From Ruminococcus sp. (lineage in GTDB: Bacteria; Bacillota; Clostridia; Oscillospirales; Acutalibacteraceae), in contig JAZQAF010000016.1 in assembly GCA_045545015.1 (NCBI GenBank), positions 6,303 to 70,302 of the forward strand: a stretch of 64,000 bases of DNA, in the 5' to 3' direction. The notes beneath the pieces were generated by a model. The model searched no databases. It was not told where the DNA came from and was given only the letters and a program-made list of their open reading frames with translations. This document shows, piece after piece, positions 30,035-40,001 of the stretch (position 1 is its first letter; every line of letters begins with the position of its first letter). A program made the position numbers and the translations under genes.

Positions 30035-31168
30035 ATGGGAATACAGTTATTTGTACCTAAGTTCGACACAGAGGCTTGCCTCGAAGAAATCAGAGAATGC
30101 CTTGACAGAGGCTGGACAGGTATGGGCTTTAAGACCCTCGAGCTTGAAGAGAAGTGGAAGGAATACACAGGTCTTGAGAACGCTTACTATCTTAACTCTT
30201 CCACATCAGGTCTCTATATGTGCTTTGACCTCTTTAAGATGGAGTTTTCATGGGATGATGACACTGAAGTAATCACCACACCCCTGACCTTTATCACCAC
30301 AAACCACGCCATTATGCAGGCAGGTCTTAAGCCTGTTTTTGCTGATGTTGACGATACACTCTGCCTTGACCCCCAGTCTGTCAGAGAAAGAATCACCGAT
30401 AAAACAAAGGCTCTTATCTATGTGGGCATGGGCGGAAACACAGGTCACTACGACGAGATCGTTTCCATCTGCAAGGAAAAGGGTCTTGTACTTATTCTTG
30501 ACGCCGCTCACATGGCAGGCACCCGTCTCAGAGGTGAGATTCCCGGCAAGGAAGCTGATGTTGTTGTATATTCCTTCCAGGCTGTAAAGAATCTGCCCAC
30601 CGCAGACAGCGGAATGATCTGCTTCAGAGATAAGAAGTTTGACGAAATGGCAAGAAAGTACGCATGGCTCGGCATTAACAAGGACACCTATGCAAGAACC
30701 GGCGCAGGCGGCAACTACAAGTGGAAGTACGATGTTGAGTACGTGGGCAACAAATACCACGGCAACTCCGTTATTGCTTCTATCGGTCTTGTTCAGCTCA
30801 GACACCTTGATGATGACAACGCCTACAGAAACAAGATCGCAGACATTTACACTGAAGCTTTTGCACCCTATAAGGATAAGATAGGTCTTGTGACCGTTCC
30901 TGAGGACTGCAGCACCTCACGCCATCTCTTCCAGATAATCGTTGAGAATCGTGATGAGCTTCTCACCTTCCTTAACAGCCGTGACATCTTCCCCGGTGTT
31001 CACTATATCGACAACACCGATTACCGCATGTATAACTACGCTCAGGGCACCTGCCCCAGAGCAAAGTATTACAGTGACCATATTCTCTCTCTGCCCCTGC
31101 ATCTTAATCTCTCCGAGGAGGATGCTAAAACTGTGGCAGATGCTGTTATTGAGTTTGTGACACAATAA
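30035..31168 (+). CDS. DegT/DnrJ/EryC1/StrS sugar aminotransferase 1
   Basis: GWTGMG, LDAAH, SFQAVKNL (PLP Lys), VHY, LSLPLH. Confidence 0.92.
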   Translation: MGIQLFVPKFDTEACLEEIRECLDRGWTGMGFKTLELEEKWKEYTGLENAYYLNSSTSGLYMCFDLFKMEFSWDDDTEVITTPLTFITTNHAIMQAGLKPVFADVDDTLCLDPQSVRERITDKTKALIYVGMGGNTGHYDEIVSICKEKGLVLILDAAHMAGTRLRGEIPGKEADVVVYSFQAVKNLPTADSGMICFRDKKFDEMARKYAWLGINKDTYARTGAGGNYKWKYDVEYVGNKYHGNSVIASIGLVQLRHLDDDNAYRNKIADIYTEAFAPYKDKIGLVTVPEDCSTSRHLFQIIVENRDELLTFLNSRDIFPGVHYIDNTDYRMYNYAQGTCPRAKYYSDHILSLPLHLNLSEEDAKTVADAVIEFVTQ

Positions 31169-32028
31169 TGAAAACTGAAACCAAAAACAAAGAAAAATCC
31201 TCCAAACGGAGGATTTTGACTTTTAGTCTCATAGCCTTTTTTGTGCTGATAGTTCTGCTCATTTTTGTTGACCTTATTATCAGCAACTTTACCCTCAGAA
31301 CAACAGAATACTATATAGAAAACTACAAGATCAATAAAGAAATCCGCATCGTTCAGATTTCGGATCTCCATGAAAAGAACTTCGGCAAAGATAACAAGAA
31401 GCTCATAGAGGAAATATGTGAAGCTTCCCCTGACCTTATAGTATTCACGGGAGACATCATTGAGAGAACCGGTAAAGATGATCCCACAGAGTACCTCACT
31501 AATCTTCTCAAAAAGCTTCGTGATGTTGCACCCATATATTTCTGCCTCGGTAACCACGAGGAAAGCAGTCCCTACTTTCAGGTGTTTAAGGATACTGTGG
31601 CAAGAAACGGCGCCACCCTCCTTGATGATTCCTACACAGATATCTCAATAAAGGGGCAGAACATCCGAATCGGCGCTCTCTCCTACTACAGGTCATGGTA
31701 TGTTGACCACCACAGATTCCTCAAGGATTTCTCCGATACCGAAAACTTCACTCTGCTTTTATGCCACTACCCTGAATACTATGTCTGGGGCGTAAAGCGG
31801 TATCCCATTGATCTGATGCTGTCGGGACACACCCACGGAGGAATGATCCGTCTCCCCTTTATGGGCGGTCTCTATGCTCCTGAGCAAGGATGGTTCCCCG
31901 AATGTGATAAGGGGCTTTTTGATGACGAGAATGCCACCATTATCATAAGTGCAGGTCTTGGCTCCTCTCCCTCCTATCTGCCGAGATTCTCAAATCCCCC
32001 TGAGATCGTTTCTGTCACCATAAACTGA
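31168..32028 (+). CDS. Membrane-anchored metallophosphoesterase (YkuE-like)
   Basis: N-terminal TM helix, SDLH, TGD, GNHE, LSGHTHGG, SAGLG. Confidence 0.9.
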   Translation: MKTETKNKEKSSKRRILTFSLIAFFVLIVLLIFVDLIISNFTLRTTEYYIENYKINKEIRIVQISDLHEKNFGKDNKKLIEEICEASPDLIVFTGDIIERTGKDDPTEYLTNLLKKLRDVAPIYFCLGNHEESSPYFQVFKDTVARNGATLLDDSYTDISIKGQNIRIGALSYYRSWYVDHHRFLKDFSDTENFTLLLCHYPEYYVWGVKRYPIDLMLSGHTHGGMIRLPFMGGLYAPEQGWFPECDKGLFDDENATIIISAGLGSSPSYLPRFSNPPEIVSVTIN

Positions 32029-32044
32029 TATAAAGAGGTATAGT

Positions 32045-32569
32045 ATGAATAAGCCCCTTGAAATCGAATATAAATACCTTATTAAATATCCTGATACCGA
32101 TACTCTCAAAGCTCAGCCCGAATATAAAAAAGAGATTCTTTTACAGATGTATCTTCTCCTTCCTGATGAAAAGGGAAACAAAACCAAAAAATGCAGGATC
32201 CGCAGGGTTGAAAGAGATAACGAAGTGAGATACATCAAAACCTTCAAGGAAACCATAACGGATCTGACCAGAATAGAGATCGAAACTGAAATTTCCGAAG
32301 AAGAGTATAATGATCTTTCGAAGTTCATTAACCCCGATACCTTCCCCATAAATAAGGAAAGACACAGCTTTTCCCTTTCGGGGTTCACTTACGAGATAGA
32401 CATTTTTCCATTCTGGCAGGACAGAGCTTATCTTGAGGTAGAGGTAGAGTCCGAAGATATAAAGCCTCCTATCCCTGATTTTATCCGTGTTATAAAGGAC
32501 GTAAGCTTTGACAAGCGCTATAGAAACTCAGCCCTTGCCGCCAATATCATCCTTGAATCAATAGAATAG
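32045..32569 (+). CDS. CYTH-domain protein
   Basis: EIEYKY, RIR, RIEIE, EIDIF, LEVE. Confidence 0.8.
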   Translation: MNKPLEIEYKYLIKYPDTDTLKAQPEYKKEILLQMYLLLPDEKGNKTKKCRIRRVERDNEVRYIKTFKETITDLTRIEIETEISEEEYNDLSKFINPDTFPINKERHSFSLSGFTYEIDIFPFWQDRAYLEVEVESEDIKPPIPDFIRVIKDVSFDKRYRNSALAANIILESIE

Positions 32570-32573
32570 CCAA

Positions 32574-32604
32574 AAAGCTCCGCAGAGATTTTCTGCGGAG
32601 CTTT
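32574..32604. terminator. Bidirectional terminator between the convergent glycan operons
   Basis: Perfect 13-bp stem AAAGCTCCGCAGA/TCTGCGGAGCTTT. Confidence 0.85.
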
Positions 32605-32621
32605 CTTAATCTACATACTAT

Positions 32622-33833
32622 TCAGTTTTTACAGCCCAGACCATCAAGAAATTCTCTTCTGGCATTTGCCGCCTTTGAATCTGTTCTGACTACTGCTTTT
32701 ATGTTCTTCATCTTATCCTTTTTCAGGAAGGAAAACAGATGAGTAAACCAGGCAACAGGTACCAGCAGTGTCTTACCTTCATATCTGGGATAGATTCTGT
32801 AGAGTTCTTCCTTTGCAGGAAAGACCCTGCTCATTATGAATATGAATTTGGCGCATTTTTTAGAACCTGAAGATACTCTCATAAGAGCATTTTCAAGTCC
32901 ACCCTCCTTTGTATGGTCACCAAACACTCCGTCTGACAGAGTAAAGCTGCAGAACTCTGAGTAAAGCCTATCGTCCATAGGTGTGACCTCGAAGGGAAGC
33001 TCAATAAAAAACCATTTGTGACAAAGCCACAGCACGCTCTCAAAAAATGAATAGAGAGATGCCGCTTTCAGTATTTCTCTTACCTTCTCAAAATCCAAGG
33101 ACTTTGAATTTTTGAGAAACAAAGCAATATCAAGATACATCTTAACACCTGCACCGCCTGAACGCATATGCTTCTCAAGATGAGAAATAAGGTAGCAAAG
33201 GAGGAAGCTGTCATCAAGAGCATAGAGATAATCTGACAAAGGCTTTGAATTCTCCCATACAGGTGAAAACACTTCCTTTTCATCATCAGGAATATTAAGG
33301 GATTTATGAAACTCATAATATTCCATACCCTTTTTGTAGCAGGTGACTACTCCCATATCGGCAATACTTCTCAAAAAGCCTCTGCTACTCATAATTTCAT
33401 CTATCTTAGTAAGATCCTCTTCCCTTACTATCATATCCACATCGCTGTAGGCTCTCAGCTCAGGTACAGGGTAAAACCTCGCAACGGTGCTGCCCTTGAA
33501 GGGTATATGTGCAATGCCGTGCTGTGAAAAAAGCCTGCTGATATTCTCTGCCGCAAGGCTTCTCCTGAGCATAACGGAAAGGGTTTTCTCATACTGGGTA
33601 GTAAATTTCTCAGAAATACTTTCTCCCTCGAAAAGCTGATATCGACTAAAAACATAGCTCAGGATTCCCGCAACGGAGTGCCTCTTTGCAAGGGTATAAA
33701 GCTCCTGTCTATCGACGCCGTCAGTATTCAGTTTTTTGCCGTCTTCTGTAAGGAAGGCACAAAGTGTCTCCACAAAGAAGCTTTCTGTCTTATTCAAATA
33801 AATCGCCTCGGAATATGAGAAGTTTTTATGCAA
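32622..33833 (-). CDS. Uncharacterised nucleotidyltransferase (NTP_transf_5-like)
   Basis: FKGSTVARFYPVPELRAYSDVDMIV, EFH, KMYLDI. Confidence 0.8.
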   Translation of the reverse strand: MHKNFSYSEAIYLNKTESFFVETLCAFLTEDGKKLNTDGVDRQELYTLAKRHSVAGILSYVFSRYQLFEGESISEKFTTQYEKTLSVMLRRSLAAENISRLFSQHGIAHIPFKGSTVARFYPVPELRAYSDVDMIVREEDLTKIDEIMSSRGFLRSIADMGVVTCYKKGMEYYEFHKSLNIPDDEKEVFSPVWENSKPLSDYLYALDDSFLLCYLISHLEKHMRSGGAGVKMYLDIALFLKNSKSLDFEKVREILKAASLYSFFESVLWLCHKWFFIELPFEVTPMDDRLYSEFCSFTLSDGVFGDHTKEGGLENALMRVSSGSKKCAKFIFIMSRVFPAKEELYRIYPRYEGKTLLVPVAWFTHLFSFLKKDKMKNIKAVVRTDSKAANARREFLDGLGCKN

Positions 33834-33838
33834 TGCAG

Positions 33839-35362
33839 TTAGTTTTCTTTTTTAGTTTTTTTGGTAAAGGGCTTGAGTAAAAGTTCTTTCTCGTCTTTTG
33901 TGAGACCGAAAAGAAGGAGTGAAATAAAAAGCACCAAAACGAACACTCCACCTTTGAGGATAAGTCCAAAAAATCCTATAGGGACGAAGAACGCTATCGG
34001 AAGTGCAACAAAAAAAGCGAGAAGAAGTGAAGGAATGATTCCTCTGAAGATTCCTGAAAAGAGCGTCAAAAGCTTTATACCGATAACCTTTTTATAGTAG
34101 ATATTCATTATAAGGAAACTGCCGATAAATGTTGTTACCGCTGTAGCAACAGGCGCTCCGATTTCCCCTATGAGGAAAACAAGCAGAATGGTAATTCCCA
34201 CATTTGCCAAAGCCACAAGAGTGAGTACCACAGAGCGTACAAGTCGCTTCTGCATTGCATCCAGAACGGACACCACTATGCCGTTTGAATACACAAGAAA
34301 CATAGGTATCATAATTATAACAGCTATATAATAGGAAAGGGTATAGCCCTCTCCCATCCAGACACTAATGAAATCTCTTCCGCAAAGAATAAAGCCGAAG
34401 AGGATAACTCCCGATATAAGGGTCTGTACTCTTGAGGGAGGTATCATCTCCCGTGTCAGAGTATCTCCGTCTGATTCTCCCTTTGCCACAAGTCGGGAAA
34501 ACTTTGGGAGGTATATTGCAAATGCCGCTGTAGATACTGAGGAGAAAATTGAGAACACCTGCATTGCAACGGAATATGTAGTAACACTTTCAGGACCTAC
34601 CATAATACCCAGTATGGTCACATCCACCTTGGTATTCACCTGATTAACTATTGCCTGAAGCATTATTGCCAGAGAGAATACCGCCGCTGAAGCAAAAAGC
34701 TTTTTATCAAATTTAAAAAGCTTCGGTGTTGCCTTCAGCACAAACTGTGAGTAGCAAAAGCATACCCCTAAATAGACAGCCGTTAAAAGCAGGTCAACAA
34801 GCACCACCACAAGAGAATCGGCACGGAAGCTGAAAAGCACTACAATAAGCACTGCTTTAAGCACAATCTTAACGAGATTATAGCCGTTGGTAACAGTAAA
34901 CTTTTCATAAGCGGTAATAATGCCTGCATAAACCTGACCAAGCAGTGTAAGAACGATGTTAACAGCCAGTATCACAAAGAGCTGTTTCGCCTTTGCAAGC
35001 TCTGCTGTGCTGAGGCTGTTACCGTAGATGTTTTCCATAAACAAATACAGCACCACCGCCACACCTACGATAAGAAGCACAAGGACTGCCGTTATCATCA
35101 GGCACATTGCGATGAAGTTTTTCTCGCCCCTCTTGTCCTTTTTTCCGAGATATACGGATACATATCGGGTCATAACTGTTCCCGTTCCGAAGTTTATCAG
35201 CACCAGATATCCCGCAAAGGATGCCATCATCTGATAGACACCGTACTCCGCATTTCCCAGCTTGCTTACCAGAAATGGAGTGAGGAAAATATTAACTGCT
35301 ACAAGCAGCAGATTGCTTCCGTAGGAAAGCAACATTCCAAGTTTACGTTGTGCTTTTGCCAT
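33839..35362 (-). CDS. Wzx polysaccharide flippase
   Basis: About 14 hydrophobic segments; TPFLVSKLGNAEYGVY, IVNQVNTKVD, GEIGAPVAT. Confidence 0.9.
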   Translation of the reverse strand: MAKAQRKLGMLLSYGSNLLLVAVNIFLTPFLVSKLGNAEYGVYQMMASFAGYLVLINFGTGTVMTRYVSVYLGKKDKRGEKNFIAMCLMITAVLVLLIVGVAVVLYLFMENIYGNSLSTAELAKAKQLFVILAVNIVLTLLGQVYAGIITAYEKFTVTNGYNLVKIVLKAVLIVVLFSFRADSLVVVLVDLLLTAVYLGVCFCYSQFVLKATPKLFKFDKKLFASAAVFSLAIMLQAIVNQVNTKVDVTILGIMVGPESVTTYSVAMQVFSIFSSVSTAAFAIYLPKFSRLVAKGESDGDTLTREMIPPSRVQTLISGVILFGFILCGRDFISVWMGEGYTLSYYIAVIIMIPMFLVYSNGIVVSVLDAMQKRLVRSVVLTLVALANVGITILLVFLIGEIGAPVATAVTTFIGSFLIMNIYYKKVIGIKLLTLFSGIFRGIIPSLLLAFFVALPIAFFVPIGFFGLILKGGVFVLVLFISLLLFGLTKDEKELLLKPFTKKTKKEN

Positions 35363-36538
35363 TTAGTTTAAGTGATACCTCTTACAAATATTCTCTGCTG
35401 TATTTTTCACCGAAACGATGTACTCAGGAAGCACCTTTTTATAATGCTCTCTCAGCATCTGCTCTCTCTCCATGAGTGAATAGAATGCCGAAAGCAGATC
35501 TTCCTTGTTCTTTATTCTGGTATAAGGAATAACATTTCCTTTTTCAGTTCCAAATAAATCCCTTGCTATACCACGGGATTTAACGGAGTATCCCAGCACC
35601 AGAGTGGGGACCTCCTTTGAATAGGCGGCAATGGTGGAATGGGTTCTTGCGCCAATAAAGAATCGGGTCTTGCCGATTATATATTTAAGCTTCTCACAGG
35701 TGAGGTCTGCACTCACTATACCTACTCTGCCTGTTTCGCTGTATTTTTCATAAATATTTCTGAGAAGTGCCAGATCCCCTGTCTCGGGATTTACGGAATA
35801 GACATGAGGAATAAGGCAGATGTTCATATCTGTATCGCTTATTATCCTCTCAATAAAGTACTCTGCGGCGGCTCTTACCTCATCATTCAAAACGATGGAG
35901 CTTAAATTGAGTCCTATGGTATTGCCCTCTTTGAAATTCTCGGGCAAGTCTGTGGCTTTCTCTGAAAGCAAAAAAGCAGGATCGCAACAAAGTTCTGTCT
36001 TCTCCTTCGGCACTCCTGCATCAAGGAGATTCTGTAAGCTGATGGTTTCGCGTGCAACTATCAGATCATAGCTGAGGATATCCTTCAGCACCTCGCCATT
36101 GAGCTTTCTCTTTTCAACGGAGCAGCACCAGAGCACAGTGGGAATACCCTTTATCTGCATCTTTTTATTATGAGCCATAAATACGGTTGGATTTCCGTAG
36201 CAATAGGTATCTCCGCCTATAACAAGAGACAGATCTCCCTTTTCAATGCTATCCCAGAGCTTCTTCTGAATAAGGCGCTGACCTTGCATGGGGTCAGATG
36301 TGATTTTGCGAAGCAGGCCAAAGAAAAGTCTCTGTGCCTTACTGCTGTACTGACTATATGGCAACAGGTCGCAGATTTCTTCTATTCCCAGCCTTCTGTC
36401 CTGCTGCTCTGCAAAGGTTGCAAGACAAGGCTTAGCCTTATATCCGCAGGAGGAATATATTTTTTCTGTACTTCTCACTATTGCTTCGCAGCCATGATTA
36501 TCGCTGCCCGTATGTCCGCATAAAAATAATCTTTCCAT
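35363..36538 (-). CDS. Polysaccharide pyruvyl transferase family protein 2 (WcaK-like)
   Basis: NHGCEAI, GGDTYCY, ARETIS, CDPAF, GARTHSTIAA. Confidence 0.85.
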   Translation of the reverse strand: MERLFLCGHTGSDNHGCEAIVRSTEKIYSSCGYKAKPCLATFAEQQDRRLGIEEICDLLPYSQYSSKAQRLFFGLLRKITSDPMQGQRLIQKKLWDSIEKGDLSLVIGGDTYCYGNPTVFMAHNKKMQIKGIPTVLWCCSVEKRKLNGEVLKDILSYDLIVARETISLQNLLDAGVPKEKTELCCDPAFLLSEKATDLPENFKEGNTIGLNLSSIVLNDEVRAAAEYFIERIISDTDMNICLIPHVYSVNPETGDLALLRNIYEKYSETGRVGIVSADLTCEKLKYIIGKTRFFIGARTHSTIAAYSKEVPTLVLGYSVKSRGIARDLFGTEKGNVIPYTRIKNKEDLLSAFYSLMEREQMLREHYKKVLPEYIVSVKNTAENICKRYHLN

Positions 36539-37686
36539 TATTTATACCACTTGTTTTTAATCACGGGAGCCAAGGACATAGGTCCCTGCTCGTAAGTATT
36601 ATCTTCTTTGTTACTTCGTTTTACAAATTCCACAAATCTCTCTGCAGCAACCTCTGCCGAGTATTCCTTGCGAACAGTATCAAAGGCTTTTCTGCCAAGA
36701 GACTCTCTGAGGGCTTTGTCTTCTGCAAGACACAGAAGCTTTCTTTTCATATCCTTTAAGCTGCCGTATCTGTAAATAAGTCCGTTTTCCTTATCCCTGA
36801 TAAGGAACGGCACCGAGCCCATAGCACTGCTTGCAAGCACTGCACAGCCCTCGCTCATTGCCTCATTAATAACTGCACCCCAGCCCTCACGATAGCCGCT
36901 GGTCATCATAAGTATGTCTGCTGACGTCATATTCTCTCTGACCTTGTCTGGTGACATTGTACCGAGAAAGTTTACATTACCCTCAAGGTCAAGGTGTCTG
37001 ACGAGAGCTCTCAGCTTACTCTCGCATTCGCCCTCGCCTATAATATCAAGGTTAAAATCTATGTTGTTCTTTCTGAGAATGGTCAATGCCCTTATGGCAT
37101 CCTGAGCTCTTTTCAGTTTAATCATCCTACCCACCCAGAGAATACGGAGTGTAGGGTTATTTCTCTGAGGATACTCCGTTCTTTCGCTCACCTGAGGAAA
37201 GTAGCCCCACCTGAGACACTTTGAGGTATCAAAGGAACAGAGCGAAAGATCAAGGGGCAGAAATGCGCTGGCACAAAGAATATAAACCGGTCTTTCGTTG
37301 TGCTTAAGTATTCGCTCGTAGATCTTCTTCTTAACTGAGGGAATGAATCTTCTCCACAGACCTTTTTTCAGGGATCGCTCTGAAAAAATAAAAGAAAGCT
37401 TGTCTTTCTTGAGGCGAAAGTCTATATAACTGTTGGGACAAGAACCGAAGATTACGGCATCACTTTCCAGAAGGATCTCCCTGAGCTTTTCCTTTGCAAA
37501 ACCTTTTTCGTATGCTCTGACCACGAAGTCATACTTTTCATTCATATCCTCGTAGCCCAGACTTAGTCTTGAATCAGAGATACGTGATGTAGCTACAAAG
37601 CAGAAATCGTCACATCTCTTGCGAAGCTCCTCGCAAAGAGAGAGCTGATGATGATTAAGATAACAAGATACAAAAGCTACTCTCAT
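36538..37686 (-). CDS. GT4 glycosyltransferase
   Basis: WVGRM, EGWGAVINEAMS; start reassigned to ATG 37686, which overlaps the upstream stop (ATGA). Confidence 0.88.
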   Translation of the reverse strand: MRVAFVSCYLNHHQLSLCEELRKRCDDFCFVATSRISDSRLSLGYEDMNEKYDFVVRAYEKGFAKEKLREILLESDAVIFGSCPNSYIDFRLKKDKLSFIFSERSLKKGLWRRFIPSVKKKIYERILKHNERPVYILCASAFLPLDLSLCSFDTSKCLRWGYFPQVSERTEYPQRNNPTLRILWVGRMIKLKRAQDAIRALTILRKNNIDFNLDIIGEGECESKLRALVRHLDLEGNVNFLGTMSPDKVRENMTSADILMMTSGYREGWGAVINEAMSEGCAVLASSAMGSVPFLIRDKENGLIYRYGSLKDMKRKLLCLAEDKALRESLGRKAFDTVRKEYSAEVAAERFVEFVKRSNKEDNTYEQGPMSLAPVIKNKWYK

Positions 37687-38771
37687 AAATAAACATACCT
37701 TTCCAGATAGTCCCAATAGAAATGGTACTCTCCCAGCTGAGTCATTACACGATATAAAAACAGTGCTCCACAGGCTACTACACAAATAGTCACTGCGATA
37801 TTTCTCACTGTCTTGGTCTTCTGTCGTGTTATTCCGTTTGAAAGCACCACCATCAGCACGAAGGAGTAGTAGTAGCTTGTTCTCTCCATAACCGTAACTG
37901 TATAGCGCAGAGAATAAAGACAAAGGCCGATAAGAAGCATCATCAGTTCAAGTTCATGTTCTTTGATAAACTCGTTGTTCCAGCTCCAGATAAGATACCA
38001 AAGAATCAATGCGCCCATATACACCATAATGGGGACAATTCCCGCAAGGGCGTATCCTTGGTATGCCATCGTATATTCTCTTTCCAAAAAGTCATTTCCG
38101 AATGCTACAATATCATCAAGGAAAACGAGCATAAGAAGTGTCATCACAACTGCTGAAAGAACAAACTTTTTGGTAAACTCCATCCTTTTGAGAATAAATA
38201 CCCCGAAGAAGATCAACACCGTTGAATGGATGGTAGATGCCAGCAAAATTGTTATTATTGCCAGAATATCCCATATATGCATATTCTTCTTCAGCATCTC
38301 CAAAGCAATGATACTCATACAGATGGCGATCGCCTGACGAAAGCCCGTAAGGAAAAACTGCCACGGCCCCAGACAGATGTAAATAATTACGCCGAGGAAT
38401 ACGCTGTCACAGTTGCGGTAAATATACCAGAATACAACTGCAGTAGTGAAGGCAGCCTCAAAATAAACAATAAAATACTTTGAGGGAAAAAGTATGGCAA
38501 GCACCTTATTGAGAACCAGATATCCATCCTCAAAGGCACTGTGCTCAATCATCTCGCTCAGAGGCATTCTCATAGCCCTTATGTACCAGTTATAGTAATT
38601 GCGAAGATCTGCACTATTGGTCAGAATAGCACTTCTGCTGCCTACTACAAATACAATAATGGCAAAGCTCAGACCTAAAAATATTAGATTTTTCTTTTTC
38701 TCGCCCAATGCATCCGGAATCAAGCACCTGACTCCGATTATGCCAAGGAGCATAAAAAGCCAAACCCACAT
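37683..38771 (-). CDS. EpsG-family Wzy polymerase 2
   Basis: Polytopic; ADLRNYY, EDGY, TGFRQAIA, TIHST, MERTSYYY. Confidence 0.85.
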   Translation of the reverse strand: MWVWLFMLLGIIGVRCLIPDALGEKKKNLIFLGLSFAIIVFVVGSRSAILTNSADLRNYYNWYIRAMRMPLSEMIEHSAFEDGYLVLNKVLAILFPSKYFIVYFEAAFTTAVVFWYIYRNCDSVFLGVIIYICLGPWQFFLTGFRQAIAICMSIIALEMLKKNMHIWDILAIITILLASTIHSTVLIFFGVFILKRMEFTKKFVLSAVVMTLLMLVFLDDIVAFGNDFLEREYTMAYQGYALAGIVPIMVYMGALILWYLIWSWNNEFIKEHELELMMLLIGLCLYSLRYTVTVMERTSYYYSFVLMVVLSNGITRQKTKTVRNIAVTICVVACGALFLYRVMTQLGEYHFYWDYLERYVYL

Positions 38772-38786
38772 AATATCTCCTGAAAA

Positions 38787-39977
38787 TCAGTTTAATAATT
38801 CTTTGTAAATATCTATATACTCTTTGAATCTTACTTTTCGGTCAAATTCAAGACCCCTCTGTCTGCAGAACTCTCTTTTAATTTTACCTTTTTTCACCTG
38901 CTGTGCAGCCTCATAGAGTGCTTTTGTATCGCCCTTGGGAACAACTATACCGCATTCCTCGGTGAGTGATTCAGAACAACCGCCTGTTCTGAAAGTGACA
39001 ACAGGTACACCGCAGGCAAGCGCCTCAACATTTATCATGGAGAAGGTGTCCTGCATTGTGGGATTTATAAATACATCAGCCATAGAATAGACAAGGCTTA
39101 ATTCTTCTCTGCTGTTTGTAGCCGGAAGAACTGTGATATTGTCGGGGATAGTCACATCTTTATCTGCAAGGGAAAGAAGTACGATATGCTCATCATCTTT
39201 GAGCATGTTTGAAAGTTCAAGAAAATGCCTTCCACCCTTTGTTCCTTTAAAGCTACTGACGATTCCAAGATAAATGAACTTGTCCTCAAGCCCCAGCTTC
39301 TTTCTGAGGTCTGACTCTCTGGGTCTGAAGCTTTCGGTATCAATTCCGTTATGTATGGTTGTCACCGGATATTTTCCGAGAAAAGACTGCCTTGCAAGGT
39401 TTGAAAGCCAGTTTGAGGGTGTGACAACATGCATCTTCTCAAGACTTGTGAAAATCTCTCTCTTGTCTTTGAGATTCCTCTTCGATCTGTCGAAAAACCA
39501 TGAATCGGGATATTTTCTCCGCTGTGGACAGTTTCCGCAGCTATTTTTCCAGCCGTCGCAGCCTATATAGTCAAAATGGGAGCAATGACCTGTAAAGGAC
39601 CAGCAATCGTGCAAAGTCCAGACCACGGGTATATTCTTTTCCTTAAGGTATTTAAAAAGTATTTCTATGTTGATATAGTGACCGTGAATATTCTGAAGAT
39701 TCACAACATCGGGGGAAACCTTGTCAATAAACCTGAGGGCTTTTCTTGTTGCCCTTTTATTGTAAAAACCGTGTCTTCCGAAAAGTCGGGTCATCAGAAT
39801 GCTCCACTTGAGGGAGAAGGGAGTATTGGTGACAAAGACGTTAGGGCTGTCAAATTTATCCTGTCCGGTAATCACATAGGTCTCTATGCCGTACTCCTTA
39901 AAAAGATCTTCGCAATCCTTGACAATCTTTCCCGTGCTGCCTTTTTCGTAAACGGAATTTATCTGAAGAACCTTCAC
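38787..39977 (-). CDS. GT4 glycosyltransferase (WcaC-like)
   Basis: GSTGKI, NIHGHY, WTLHDCWSFTGHC, PSNWL, DTFSMINVEALACG. Confidence 0.9.
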   Translation of the reverse strand: MKVLQINSVYEKGSTGKIVKDCEDLFKEYGIETYVITGQDKFDSPNVFVTNTPFSLKWSILMTRLFGRHGFYNKRATRKALRFIDKVSPDVVNLQNIHGHYINIEILFKYLKEKNIPVVWTLHDCWSFTGHCSHFDYIGCDGWKNSCGNCPQRRKYPDSWFFDRSKRNLKDKREIFTSLEKMHVVTPSNWLSNLARQSFLGKYPVTTIHNGIDTESFRPRESDLRKKLGLEDKFIYLGIVSSFKGTKGGRHFLELSNMLKDDEHIVLLSLADKDVTIPDNITVLPATNSREELSLVYSMADVFINPTMQDTFSMINVEALACGVPVVTFRTGGCSESLTEECGIVVPKGDTKALYEAAQQVKKGKIKREFCRQRGLEFDRKVRFKEYIDIYKELLN

Positions 39978-40001
39978 GTCTGTCTCTCCTTTCCCAAATA
40001 T

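Noticed and set aside
19630-33833. Lasso-peptide cluster (Cys-less cyclase-like gene plus nucleotidyltransferase)
   Set aside because: No precursor ORF, PqqD/RRE, transglutaminase-like protease or HPr-type kinase; the two genes are in different glycan operons.
37687-37923. 79-residue N-terminal extension of the GT4 ORF
   Set aside because: It overlaps the EpsG gene; ATG 37686 gives a clean ATGA coupling.
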